A stretch of DNA of 61,904 nt, counting the filler, from Thermodesulfobacteriota bacterium (GTDB lineage Bacteria; DASVDK01): NCBI GenBank assembly GCA_036381125.1. It is 9 parts of 9 records of this genome, joined end to end, with 100 filler letters (N's around TTAATTAATTAA, not from the genome) between each part and the next. Parts side by side here need not be neighbours in the genome. Positions count along the whole stretch, not along the records: positions 47,336 to 51,588 come from DASVDK010000199.1; positions 51,689 to 56,845 come from DASVDK010000200.1; positions 56,946 to 59,539 come from DASVDK010000206.1; positions 59,640 to 61,904 come from DASVDK010000218.1; 5 more parts are not named here. One strand, written 5' to 3'. How positions within the stretch are numbered: the first letter of the stretch is position 1; every line of letters begins with the position of its first letter. Shown here in pieces: positions 51,480-60,438 of the stretch. Below the pieces are notes generated by a model. The model saw nothing but the letters and a program-made list of their open reading frames with translations. It searched no databases and had not been told where the DNA came from. Position numbers and translations under genes: made by a program.

Positions 51480-51588
51480 GGCTATACCTCGGGAGGAATA
51501 CCCTCGCGGCTCATATCCTCGCCGCGGTGATCCTCGCCGGCTGCGCGACGGGGCGGCCGGCCGACCTCGTGCCGGTCGCGCTGCCCTG
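51476..51588 (+). CDS. Outer-membrane spanin (Rz1-like lipoprotein), truncated
   Basis: Lipobox ILAGC followed by a Pro-rich segment; GTGA overlap with the Rz-like stop. Confidence 0.65.
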
Positions 51589-51748
51589 NNNNNNNNNNNN
51601 NNNNNNNNNNNNNNNNNNNNNNNNNNNNNNNNTTAATTAATTAANNNNNNNNNNNNNNNNNNNNNNNNNNNNNNNNNNNNNNNNNNNNCGGGGCCCCGAT
51701 GCCTTGCAGTCGATCGACGATCCTGACGCACAGGGAGGGGAGGACCCC

Positions 51749-52828
51749 GTGGCGATCAATCCGATCCTGCACGACCTCGCCACCGCGCTCACGCTGGCCG
51801 GCGCCGAGGCGCGGCGCCTCGCCGACGGCGAGGCCGGCCCGCTCGAGCCCGCGCAGGCCGACGTGGCGCGTCAGCTTGCCGCGCGCATCGAGGGCCTCAT
51901 GCGGCTCGTGCGCATGCTCCTCGAGGAGCAGGCCCGCGGCGAGCCGCGCCTCGACCCGCGACCCGCCTCGCTCAGGCGGCTCGCCGCCGAGGGGGTCGAC
52001 GCCGCCCGGCCGCTCGCCACCGCGCGGGGCGTCGAGATCGTCCTGCGCGAGGCGGTGGAGGGCGCCGACGCGCTCGTCGGCTACTGGGACGCCGACAGCC
52101 TGCGGCGCGTCATCGTGAACGTCCTGGACAACGCCATCAAGTACACGCCCGCCGGCGGCCGGATCGACGTGTCGGTCGACCGCGACGGCCGAGCGGCCCT
52201 CCTGGCGGTGCGCGACACGGGCGCCGGGGTCGCCGCCGACGAGATCGAGGCCGTCTTCGAGCCGGGACGGCGCGGCAGCGCGGCGGGCCGGCTCGGCGCG
52301 CCGGGGCTCGGCCTCGGGCTCGCCACCTCGCGCGCCATCGTCGCCGCGCACGGCGGGCGGATCTGGCTCGAGAGCAACGGGGACGGGCAGGGGACCGCCG
52401 CGATGGTGCGGCTGCCGCTCGACCGGCGACGCGCGCCGCGCGGGCACGGCCGCTGGCCGGCCCGGGTCGACTGGGGCGGCGGGCAGGAGCTGGCCGGCAC
52501 CGTGGAGACCCTCTCCCGCAGCGGGGCGGCCGTCCGCCTCAGCGTGGCGCCGCCGGTCGGCGCCCTCGTCGCGCTGCGCATCTCGGGCCTCCCCGCCGAC
52601 GACGCCGCGTCCGCCGGCGACGACGAGGTGGCCGCCATCGGCCGCGTCGTCCGGATCCTCGAGGAGGGCCACGCCTCTGCCTCGGAGGGGCGGCCCGCCG
52701 GCGCGCCCGACCCGCGCGAGCCCATCGCCGCTATCGCGTTCGCCGAGGTGGGCCCCGGCACCGGCGCGCGGCTCGACCGGGCGGTGGCGGCGGCGGCGAC
52801 GGTTCGCGCGACGCCTACCGGCGACTGA
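51749..52828 (+). CDS. Histidine kinase (HisKA-HATPase) with a C-terminal PilZ-like domain
   Basis: ILHDL, NVLDNAIKYT, VRDTGAG, GLGLGL; then DRRRAPR...TLSRSGA. Confidence 0.8.
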   Translation: MAINPILHDLATALTLAGAEARRLADGEAGPLEPAQADVARQLAARIEGLMRLVRMLLEEQARGEPRLDPRPASLRRLAAEGVDAARPLATARGVEIVLREAVEGADALVGYWDADSLRRVIVNVLDNAIKYTPAGGRIDVSVDRDGRAALLAVRDTGAGVAADEIEAVFEPGRRGSAAGRLGAPGLGLGLATSRAIVAAHGGRIWLESNGDGQGTAAMVRLPLDRRRAPRGHGRWPARVDWGGGQELAGTVETLSRSGAAVRLSVAPPVGALVALRISGLPADDAASAGDDEVAAIGRVVRILEEGHASASEGRPAGAPDPREPIAAIAFAEVGPGTGARLDRAVAAAATVRATPTGD

Positions 52829-53978
52829 AGACGAGCTTGAGGAGCGGCGGAGCGAGGAAGGTGGTCACGATGACCACCGCCACCACGGCCGCGTAGACCT
52901 CCGCGCTGACCACGCCGGCGGCAAGCCCCACGCCCGCGAACACCAGCCCGACCTCCCCTCGGGGGATCATGCCGACGCCGATCGCGAGCCGCTGGCGCGG
53001 CTCCGTCGGCTTGACGACGAGCCCGCTCACGAGCTTGCCGGCCACCGCGCACAGGATCAGGAGCGCCGCCATGCCGAGCACCGGCCGGTTGGCCGGATCG
53101 ATCGGGTCGAAGACCGTCACGTCCACCGCCGCGCCGATCGTCACGAAGAAGATGGGGACGAAGAAGTCCGCGAGCGGCCGCACCCGCTCCTCGATCGGGT
53201 GGCGGTCGTCGGTCTTCGCGAGCACCAGGCCGGCCGCGAAGGCGCCGACGATCGTGGCCGAGCCGACCGCGTGGGCCAGATAGGCGAAGAGCATCGCCAG
53301 GCCGACCGCGAAGAGGAGGAGCCCCCCGCGGACGTCCATCTGGCGGACGAGCTTGAGGAGCCGCGGCGCGGCGACCTGCCCCACGAGGATCGCCACGACG
53401 AGGAAGCCCAGCGCCAGCGCCGTGGTCTTCACGATGCCGAGGAGCGACACCTCGCCCGTCTGCGCGAGCCCCTGGACGACCGACAGGATCACCAGGCCGA
53501 GGATGTCGTCGATGACCGCCGCCCCGATGATGATCTTCGCCGCGGCCGTGTCCATCTTGCCGAGGTCCGACAGGACGCGCGCCGTGATCCCGATGGACGT
53601 GGCCGTGAGCGTCGCCCCGATGAAGACCGCCCGTACCCCCTCGTAGCCGAGCCGCGACATCACGACGTAGCCGAGCGCGAACGGCACGGCGATGCCGACG
53701 CAGCCGACCAGCGTGGACTGCCAGCCGACCTTGATCAGGTCGTCGAGGTCCGACTCGAGGCCGATCTCGAAGAGGAGGATCAGGACGCCGATCTCGGCGA
53801 GGAGGTGCAGGACCTCGACCCTGGGATCGACCAGCCCGAGCACCGAGACCCCCACGAGCACGCCGCCCACCAGCTCGCCGAGCACCGCCGGCTGGCCGAA
53901 GCGCTGCGCGAGGTATCCCAGGAGCTTCGCAGCCGTGAAGATGACGAGGAGGTCGGCGAGCAGCTCGTAGAAGGTCAT
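52815..53978 (-). CDS. Cation:proton antiporter (CPA2 family)
   Basis: GQPAVLGEL, LLFEIGLE, TATSIGIT, AAVIDDI, GMIPRGEVG. Confidence 0.94.
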   Translation of the reverse strand: MTFYELLADLLVIFTAAKLLGYLAQRFGQPAVLGELVGGVLVGVSVLGLVDPRVEVLHLLAEIGVLILLFEIGLESDLDDLIKVGWQSTLVGCVGIAVPFALGYVVMSRLGYEGVRAVFIGATLTATSIGITARVLSDLGKMDTAAAKIIIGAAVIDDILGLVILSVVQGLAQTGEVSLLGIVKTTALALGFLVVAILVGQVAAPRLLKLVRQMDVRGGLLLFAVGLAMLFAYLAHAVGSATIVGAFAAGLVLAKTDDRHPIEERVRPLADFFVPIFFVTIGAAVDVTVFDPIDPANRPVLGMAALLILCAVAGKLVSGLVVKPTEPRQRLAIGVGMIPRGEVGLVFAGVGLAAGVVSAEVYAAVVAVVIVTTFLAPPLLKLVFSRR

Positions 53979-54010
53979 GCGGAAACCCTAGCCGAGGGTT
54001 CCGCCGGGCG

Positions 54011-55135
54011 TCAACGCGAACCGGCGGCGGGCGTCGTCTGGCGGTAGATCGCCTCCAGGAGGTCGGCGTTGCGGACGAAGACCTCGACGACCCTCGGATC
54101 GAACTGCGTGCCCGAGTAGCGCTGCACCTCCTCGATCGATTCCCTGAACGAGAGCCCCTTGCGATAGGGGCGGTCGGAGGTCATCGCGTCGAGCGTGTCG
54201 GCCACCGCGAAGATGCGCGCGCCGAGCGGGATCTCCTCCCCCTTGAGGCCGCGCGGATAGCCGCTGCCGTCGTAACGCTCCTGGTGGGCGTAGACGATCT
54301 CCGCCGCCTCCTTCAGGAACGCGATGTCGCGGAGCATCAGGTAACCCTTCTCCGCGTGCGACTTCATGATCTCCCACTCCTCCGCGGTCAGCTTGCCCGG
54401 CTTGAGGAGGATGGCGTCGGGGACCCCGATCTTGCCGAGGTCGTGCAGGTACGCGCCCCGCTCGATCTGCTTCACCTGCTCGGGCGTGCAGCCCATCGCC
54501 CTGGCCAGCGCCACCGTGTAGCGGGTCACCCGCTCGCAGTGGCCCTCGGTCTCGCTGTCGCGGTAGTCGAGTGCCGCGCCGAGGACCTCGATGGTGGCGT
54601 CGTAGGTCTGCTCCATCTCCTCGAGCGCGCGGGTGAGGGCGCGCGTCTTCTCGGCCACCTTGCGCTCGAGCTCCGCCTGGTAGGCCCGGTTCTCGAGCAC
54701 CAGCCGCCGCTGCGTCAGGGCGCGCGAGACGGACAGATCCACCTGATCGAGGGAGAAGGGCTTGAGGATGTAGTCGGCGGCTCCGAGCTTGAGGGCGTCG
54801 ATCGCGGCCTGGATGTCGGCCAGCGCCGTGATCATGATGACCGCCGTGTCGGGGTCGCGCGCCTTGATCCGCTCGAGCAGCTCGAGGCCCGTGCCGCCCG
54901 GCATCATCACGTCGGAGAGGACCAGGTCGGCCGGCTCGCGCTCGAGCGCCGCCATCGCGTCGGCCACCGAGGCCGCCGCCCGCGTCTCGTACCCCACCGC
55001 CTTCAGGTTGCGGGAGAGCACCTCGCGCATCGCCAGCTCGTCGTCCACGACCAGGATCGACGCCTGGTCCGCCGCGCCGGTGTGCACGGTCCGCTGAGCC
55101 GGCGGATCTGCCAGGGAGGTGGTGACGGCGGTCAT
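54011..55135 (-). CDS. Response regulator with an HD-GYP c-di-GMP phosphodiesterase domain
   Basis: REC (ILVVDDE, SDVMMP); LHDLGKIG, HQERYDGSGYP, DAMTSDRPY. Confidence 0.95.
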   Translation of the reverse strand: MTAVTTSLADPPAQRTVHTGAADQASILVVDDELAMREVLSRNLKAVGYETRAAASVADAMAALEREPADLVLSDVMMPGGTGLELLERIKARDPDTAVIMITALADIQAAIDALKLGAADYILKPFSLDQVDLSVSRALTQRRLVLENRAYQAELERKVAEKTRALTRALEEMEQTYDATIEVLGAALDYRDSETEGHCERVTRYTVALARAMGCTPEQVKQIERGAYLHDLGKIGVPDAILLKPGKLTAEEWEIMKSHAEKGYLMLRDIAFLKEAAEIVYAHQERYDGSGYPRGLKGEEIPLGARIFAVADTLDAMTSDRPYRKGLSFRESIEEVQRYSGTQFDPRVVEVFVRNADLLEAIYRQTTPAAGSR

Positions 55136-55393
55136 TGAACGTTCCTCGGCGACGCGCCTCAGGCGCAAACGGAGACGGACCGTAGCCGGTCGAGCAGGGC
55201 CTGTCAAGCGGTTTCCGGCCCGCCCGAGCAGGCCACGGGTGGGCCCCGTCACGAGTCGCCCGACCTCTCCCCATCGGCCTCGTCGGGGGGCGTCACCTTG
55301 ACAGGGCGCGTTCCGCCGCGCTAGAAATCTTCGGTTCCAATAGCGCGGGCCTCGTCGTTCCACCCCCCTTCCGCCCGCGCCGGTTCCCACCGT

Positions 55394-55469
<76 letters not shown>

Positions 55470-55618
55470 ACAATATCCAAGACTTACGGGCGACTCGGTG
55501 AGAGGTCCGGTCGGGCGGGGGAGCACCAGGGGGAGGAACGCGACGCGACTCGCGCTCCGGCCCCGCCGAGACGCCGCGGGGCCGGGGCTTCCCCCGGCCC
55601 CGCCTGGTGCGCGCGGCC

Positions 55619-55816
55619 TCACCAGCCCATCACCGCCCGGAGCCGCCGGCCTACGCCCCGGCTCACGGTGAGCGTCGTCAGCTTCGGGTCTCGGAAGACG
55701 AGCGTGTACTGCTGCTGCGCCTCGGGGACGAGCCCGGCGAGCTGCCGGAGGTTGACGGCGTGCGAGGTATCGAGCCGGACGAAGCTCGCCGGGTCGACGT
55801 CGACCGCCTCTTGCCC
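55619..55816 (-). pseudogene. Startless fragment of a LytTR DNA-binding domain
   Basis: DPASFVRLDTSHAVNLRQLAGLVP...YTLVFRDPKLTTLTVSRGVGRRLRAVMGW*; in-frame stop just upstream. Confidence 0.65.
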
Positions 55817-56036
55817 TCACCCCGCCGGCCGCCCCGCGGCAAATAGCCTTGCTTGCCAGCGACCGCGCCACGGGCGCGGGGGATGGGAACGCCTCAGCGC
55901 TCGGGATCCCCGGGCGCCGGGACTGCCCCACGGACGCTTCCGGGTGCCGTGGGGGCTACCGCAATCCACTCTGTCGCTTCGCCGCTACCCGCCCGTCGAC
56001 GAACGTGACCTCGCTCTTGGCGATCTCCTCCCTGAT

Positions 56037-56237
56037 CTACGCGTCCGTCATGCGTGGGCGCGGTGACGGGGCGGGGACAGGTGGCCGGACGGTCGGGGCC
56101 GGTCCGGGGTCGGGGCGACCCTCGCGGATCGCCTGGCGGCGCCGCTCAAGATCGGCAAGTCCGTCGGGGTCCGGGGCCGCGGCCAGAGCCGGGCCTGCGA
56201 GGAGGAACACAACAACGAGGGCGAGGAGACGCGACAT
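56037..56237 (-). CDS. Small secreted hypothetical protein, possibly cut by a premature TAG
   Basis: Signal peptide MSRLLALVVVFLLAGPALAA; the frame continues IREEIAKSEVTF after the stop. Confidence 0.45.
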   Translation of the reverse strand: MSRLLALVVVFLLAGPALAAAPDPDGLADLERRRQAIREGRPDPGPAPTVRPPVPAPSPRPRMTDA

Positions 56238-56477
56238 ACCGGACCCCCCCTTTTCCGTCGAGGGCCGCCCTCCTGGGCCCTTCGACGCTAGCGCCAGCCG
56301 GCGTGCACGGCAGGCGCTTTCCAGCCTTGGAGTGACACGGACGGGCACTCGCTGCACAGCTTGGCCAGAATGTCAAGGGAAATCGGGTCCGGACGGCCGA
56401 TGTGCCACTTTGCGGCGTCTCTCTGCACAGACGTGGACATAAAGCCAGGAATGGAGCAACAATTTCAGTTGGTTACG

Positions 56478-56494
56478 TTGGCACGGCCGATGCT
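56478..56494 (+). promoter_or_regulatory. Sigma54 (-24/-12) promoter TTGGCACGGCCGATGCT
   Basis: GG-N10-GC spacing with TGGCAC; AT-rich tract upstream. Confidence 0.7.
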
Positions 56495-56552
56495 TGCTTG
56501 CTAGGATAGCCCGTGCCGAGGGGATTTAAGGGGTCGCTTTTTCGGTTCGAAA

Positions 56553-56845
56553 TTGGCGTCCGCTAATGGTATGAATACACCACCTCCGAATGACGTTCTA
56601 AAGAGAAATCCCGGAGACCCTTCGATGGTTCTCGCCGGAAGACTAGACGAGATCGAAGAGTCGACGTACTACGCCCTCGCTGGCATGTCGGCAGCCAGGC
56701 GCGAAGTGCGCCAGCGGACCGCCGAATTTCTGAGGCAGCAGTCGACGAGTGAGCTCTTTGCGAAGCTGGCGCGAGTTGACGCTCTACTAGCACAGGTGCT
56801 TGACCAGCTCACGCCAGACTCCATTGAGCAGGTGGAGACTACGCC
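56553..56845 (+). CDS. Hypothetical lower-GC protein (truncated by the contig end)
   Basis: ORF downstream of the sigma54 site; start uncertain. Confidence 0.4.
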
Positions 56846-56945
56846 NNNNNNNNNNNNNNNNNNNNNNNNNNNNNNNNNNNNNNNNNNNNTTAATTAATTA
56901 ANNNNNNNNNNNNNNNNNNNNNNNNNNNNNNNNNNNNNNNNNNNN

Positions 56946-57864
56946 TCTTGATCTTCTGGTCGGCCGCCTTCACGGGCCGGTAGTCCGCCACCGCTGCCGC
57001 CATCACGACCACGTCGGCCGCCTCGGCCCGCCCGAGCACCGCCTCGGCCATCTCGGCCGCGGTCTCCACCCGCACGACCTCGACGCCCATGGGGGGCCGC
57101 ACCTCCATCGGCCCGGCCACGAGCGTGACCGCGGCCCCGCGCCGCCGCGCCGCGCGCGCGACCGCCACGCCCATCCGCCCGGAGGAGCGGTTCGACAGGA
57201 CGCGCACCGGGTCGAGCGGCTCCCGCGTCGGCCCCGCCGTGACGAGAACACGGAGCCCCGCCAGGTCCTTGGGCGTCACGAGGTCCTCGGCCGCCTCGAC
57301 GATGGCGGCCGGCTCGGCCATCCGGCCGGGGCCCACGGCGTCCGCCTCGGCGCGGGAGGCGAGCGGGCCGACCTCCGGCTCGACGACCGTCACGCCGCGC
57401 TGCCTGAGCGTGGCGAGGTTGGCCTGAACGGCCGGGTGCGCGTACATCACCGGGTTCATCGCCGGCGCGACGAGCACCGGTGCCCGCGTCGCCAGGAGGA
57501 CCGTCGTCAGGAGGTCGTCGGCGAGCCCGCCGGCGTAGCGGCCGATCAGGTCCGCCGTGGCCGGCGCAACGACGACGGCCTCGGCCCGCTGCGCGAGCGC
57601 GATGTGGCCGATCTCGCTCTCCTGCGTGAGGTCCCAGAGCGTGGTGCCGACCGGGTGCCCCGAGAGCGTCTGGAAGGTGAGCGGCGTAACGAAGCGCATG
57701 GCCGATCGGGTCATCACCACCCGGACCTCGGCCGCGCCCGCCCCCCCCTCGGCGAGCGGCTTCGCGAGGAGCCGCACGAGTTCGACCGCCTTGTACGCGG
57801 CGATGCCGCCCGACACCCCGAGCAGCAGGCGCCGCCCCGCGAGCGGCCGCACCGACCCGGCCAT
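56946..57864 (-). CDS. coaBC: Phosphopantothenoylcysteine decarboxylase/ligase (3' truncated)
   Basis: GVSGGIAAYK, APATAD, APAMN..M, TAGPTREPLDPVR, SSGRMG, AAVADY. Confidence 0.96.
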
Positions 57865-57874
57865 CAGACGACCG

Positions 57875-59539
57875 TCACCGCAGCCAGCCGCGGATCTGCG
57901 ACGCGGTGCGGTTCGCGAGATCCTGCGCCCGTTCGCGGCTGCCGGCCTCGGCGTGCACGTGGAACGCCGCCTGGTCCTGGCTCGGGTAGGCCAGGACCCA
58001 GTCGGAGTCGTGGAAGACCTTGATGCCGTCGACGAGCTGGACGTTCTCGCCGCGCGAGGCCTCCATGAGCCGCCGCATGACGGTCCCCTTGGCCTCCCAC
58101 GGGCAGGGCACGACCTGGTGCGCGAGGTAGGTCACCGGGATGTGGCGGCCGACCTGGCCGAGCCGCTCCTCCGACCGGGCGAGCAGCTCGATGAGCTTCA
58201 CGACCGCGAACATCGCGTCGAACGCCGGCTGGAAGCGCGGGAAGATGAAGCCGCCCGACTCCTCGGCCACGAGCAGGACGTCGGGCCTGAGCGCGGTCTC
58301 CATCATCGACCGGGTGGTCGTCTTGGTCCGCACGACCTCGACGCCGAAACGATCGGCGACCTCCTCGACGATCCGCGAGGCGGTGATCGGCACGGCGATC
58401 CGTCGCCGCCCCCCCTGATCGCCCTCCGCCGCCGCCTGGCGCGCCACGAGGAAGGCCGCCGCGGCCTGCGCCTGCTCGCCCGCGACGACGGTGCCCCGGT
58501 CGTCGACGAGCGTGAGCTTCTCGGCCGACGGGTCGAGCATCACGCCGAGGTCGGCCTTGAGCGAGAGCACGATCTGCCCGAGCTGCTCGAGCGCCTGCGC
58601 GATCATCTCCGGCGTCCGGGTCGCCTTCGAGGCGTCGAGGAAGGCGTTGAGGCTGATCACCTCGAGGCCGAGGCGTCCCAGGATCGCCGGGAAGATGGCG
58701 GCCGCCGCGCCGTAGGCGTAGTCGATGACGACCTTGAGCCCCGCCCGCCGGATCGCCTCGCGGTCGATCGCCTGCAGGAAGCCGGTCTGGTAGAACTCGG
58801 TGCCGTGGACCGGGAAGCTGATCTCCCCGGTCTCCTCCATCGTGGCGCGCCGGAAGTCCTCCCGGTAGAAGAGCCGCTCGATCCCCTGCTCCTTCTTGGG
58901 GTCGAGGTCCATCCCCCGGTTGTCGAAGAAGCGCAGGTCGACGCTCTCGGGGCTCACCGGGTTGCGGCGGGTGTGGACGCCGCCCTGGTCGCCCAGGTTG
59001 CCCGCCTGGTAGCGGACGACCGGCAGCGGCGTGACGCCGAAGTCGTTGACGTTGACCCCGGCGGAGAGGAGCCCCGTCATGATCGCCCGGTTGATCATCC
59101 GGGTGGTCTTGTGGGCGTCGCGCGAGGTGGAGACGGTCGCGCCCTTGCCGAGCGAGGCGCCGTACGCGGCGCCGAGCTTGGCCGCGAACTCCGGCGACAG
59201 CTCGAGGTTGGCGAGCCCGGTGATCCCCTGCGTGCCGAAGATCGACCGGCTCCACTTCTCGCCCCAGATGAGCGAGACGGCGAGGGTCGCGCCGTCCTCG
59301 ACCTCCTTGTGGGGCCAGATCTTGACGTTGGCCTTGAGCGTGGCCCCCTTGCCGACGCGCGAGTGGTCGGAGACCAGGGCGCCCACGTCGAGGAAGGCGC
59401 GGTCGTCGATGACGCAGTCGTTCGCGACGATGGCCTCGTAGATCTCGGCCGCCTTGCCGACCTGGACGCGGTCCCAGAGGACCGAGTCGGCGACCACCGC
59501 CCCCTCCTCCACGACGCAGCCGTGGCCGAGGACCGAGTT
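57875..59539 (-). CDS. Sugar-1-phosphate nucleotidyltransferase/phosphomannomutase-like fusion (5' truncated)
   Basis: Hexapeptide LbH repeats, VKIWPHK, IFGTQGITGLAN, then a PGM/PMM fold (DGIKV...WVL). Confidence 0.88.
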   Translation of the reverse strand, partial: NSVLGHGCVVEEGAVVADSVLWDRVQVGKAAEIYEAIVANDCVIDDRAFLDVGALVSDHSRVGKGATLKANVKIWPHKEVEDGATLAVSLIWGEKWSRSIFGTQGITGLANLELSPEFAAKLGAAYGASLGKGATVSTSRDAHKTTRMINRAIMTGLLSAGVNVNDFGVTPLPVVRYQAGNLGDQGGVHTRRNPVSPESVDLRFFDNRGMDLDPKKEQGIERLFYREDFRRATMEETGEISFPVHGTEFYQTGFLQAIDREAIRRAGLKVVIDYAYGAAAAIFPAILGRLGLEVISLNAFLDASKATRTPEMIAQALEQLGQIVLSLKADLGVMLDPSAEKLTLVDDRGTVVAGEQAQAAAAFLVARQAAAEGDQGGRRRIAVPITASRIVEEVADRFGVEVVRTKTTTRSMMETALRPDVLLVAEESGGFIFPRFQPAFDAMFAVVKLIELLARSEERLGQVGRHIPVTYLAHQVVPCPWEAKGTVMRRLMEASRGENVQLVDGIKVFHDSDWVLAYPSQDQAAFHVHAEAGSRERAQDLANRTASQIRGWLR

Positions 59540-59639
59540 NNNNNNNNNNNNNNNNNNNNNNNNNNNNNNNNNNNNNNNNNNNNTTAATTAATTAANNNNN
59601 NNNNNNNNNNNNNNNNNNNNNNNNNNNNNNNNNNNNNNN

Positions 59640-60434
59640 AAGACGACGACGCTCGCGGCGATGATCGACTACATGAACCGGAACCGGCAGCAGCACATCA
59701 TCACGATCGAGGACCCGATCGAGATCCTGCACCCGGATCACGCCTGCATCGTCAACCAGCGCGAGGTCGGCCTCGACACCGAGTCGTTCGGCCAGGCGCT
59801 CCGCCGCGCCCTCCGCCAGGACCCCGACACGATCCTGATCGGCGAGCTCCGCGACGCGGAGACGGCGCAGACCGCGCTGCAGGCCGCCGAGTCCGGTCAC
59901 CTCGTCATGTCCACGCTGCACACGATCGACGCCGCCGAGACCGTCGGCCGCATGATCGAGTTCTTCCCGCCGGAGAAGCAGGAGGTGATCCGGTCGATCC
60001 TCGCCGGCGTCCTGCGCGGCGTCGTCAGCCAGCGCCTGCTGCCGAAGGTGGACGGCGGCCGCGTCGCCGCCGTCGAGGTGATGGTGATGAACGCCCGCAT
60101 CGCCGACCTGATCCGCGAGGGGCGCGCGGACGAGATCACCGATGCCGTCGCGGAGGGTGAGTTCTTCCAGATGCAGACCTTCACGCAGGCCCTGATCGAC
60201 CACGTGCTCGCCGGGCGCGTCGACCGCGAGGTCGCCGCGAACGCCGCCACGAACAAGCACGACTTCATCGTCTCGCTCGAGCAGGCGATCAAGCGGAAGC
60301 GCGCCGCCGACGCGGCGGAGGCGCAACCCGAGCCTGCCGCCGAGCCGGAGCCCGCCCTCGCCGTGGTGAGCCCGCACCCGCCCGCGCCGGAGGAGGCCCC
60401 GCTGGGCGGCCTCCGGATCGCTCCCGCCGGGTGA
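59640..60434 (+). CDS. pilT: Type IV pilus retraction ATPase PilT/PilU (5' truncated)
   Basis: KTTTLAAM, TIEDPIE, QREVG, LRQDPD.ILIGELRD, STLHT. Confidence 0.92.
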   Translation, partial: KTTTLAAMIDYMNRNRQQHIITIEDPIEILHPDHACIVNQREVGLDTESFGQALRRALRQDPDTILIGELRDAETAQTALQAAESGHLVMSTLHTIDAAETVGRMIEFFPPEKQEVIRSILAGVLRGVVSQRLLPKVDGGRVAAVEVMVMNARIADLIREGRADEITDAVAEGEFFQMQTFTQALIDHVLAGRVDREVAANAATNKHDFIVSLEQAIKRKRAADAAEAQPEPAAEPEPALAVVSPHPPAPEEAPLGGLRIAPAG

Positions 60435-60438
60435 GCCC

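Larger units (their letters stand above)
47336..51588 (+). mobile_element. Prophage fragment: Mu-like baseplate, tail fibre and lysis module
   Basis: Tightly coupled co-directional genes: baseplate J, gp48/YmfQ, tail fibre, endolysin, holin-like proteins, spanins. Confidence 0.9.
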
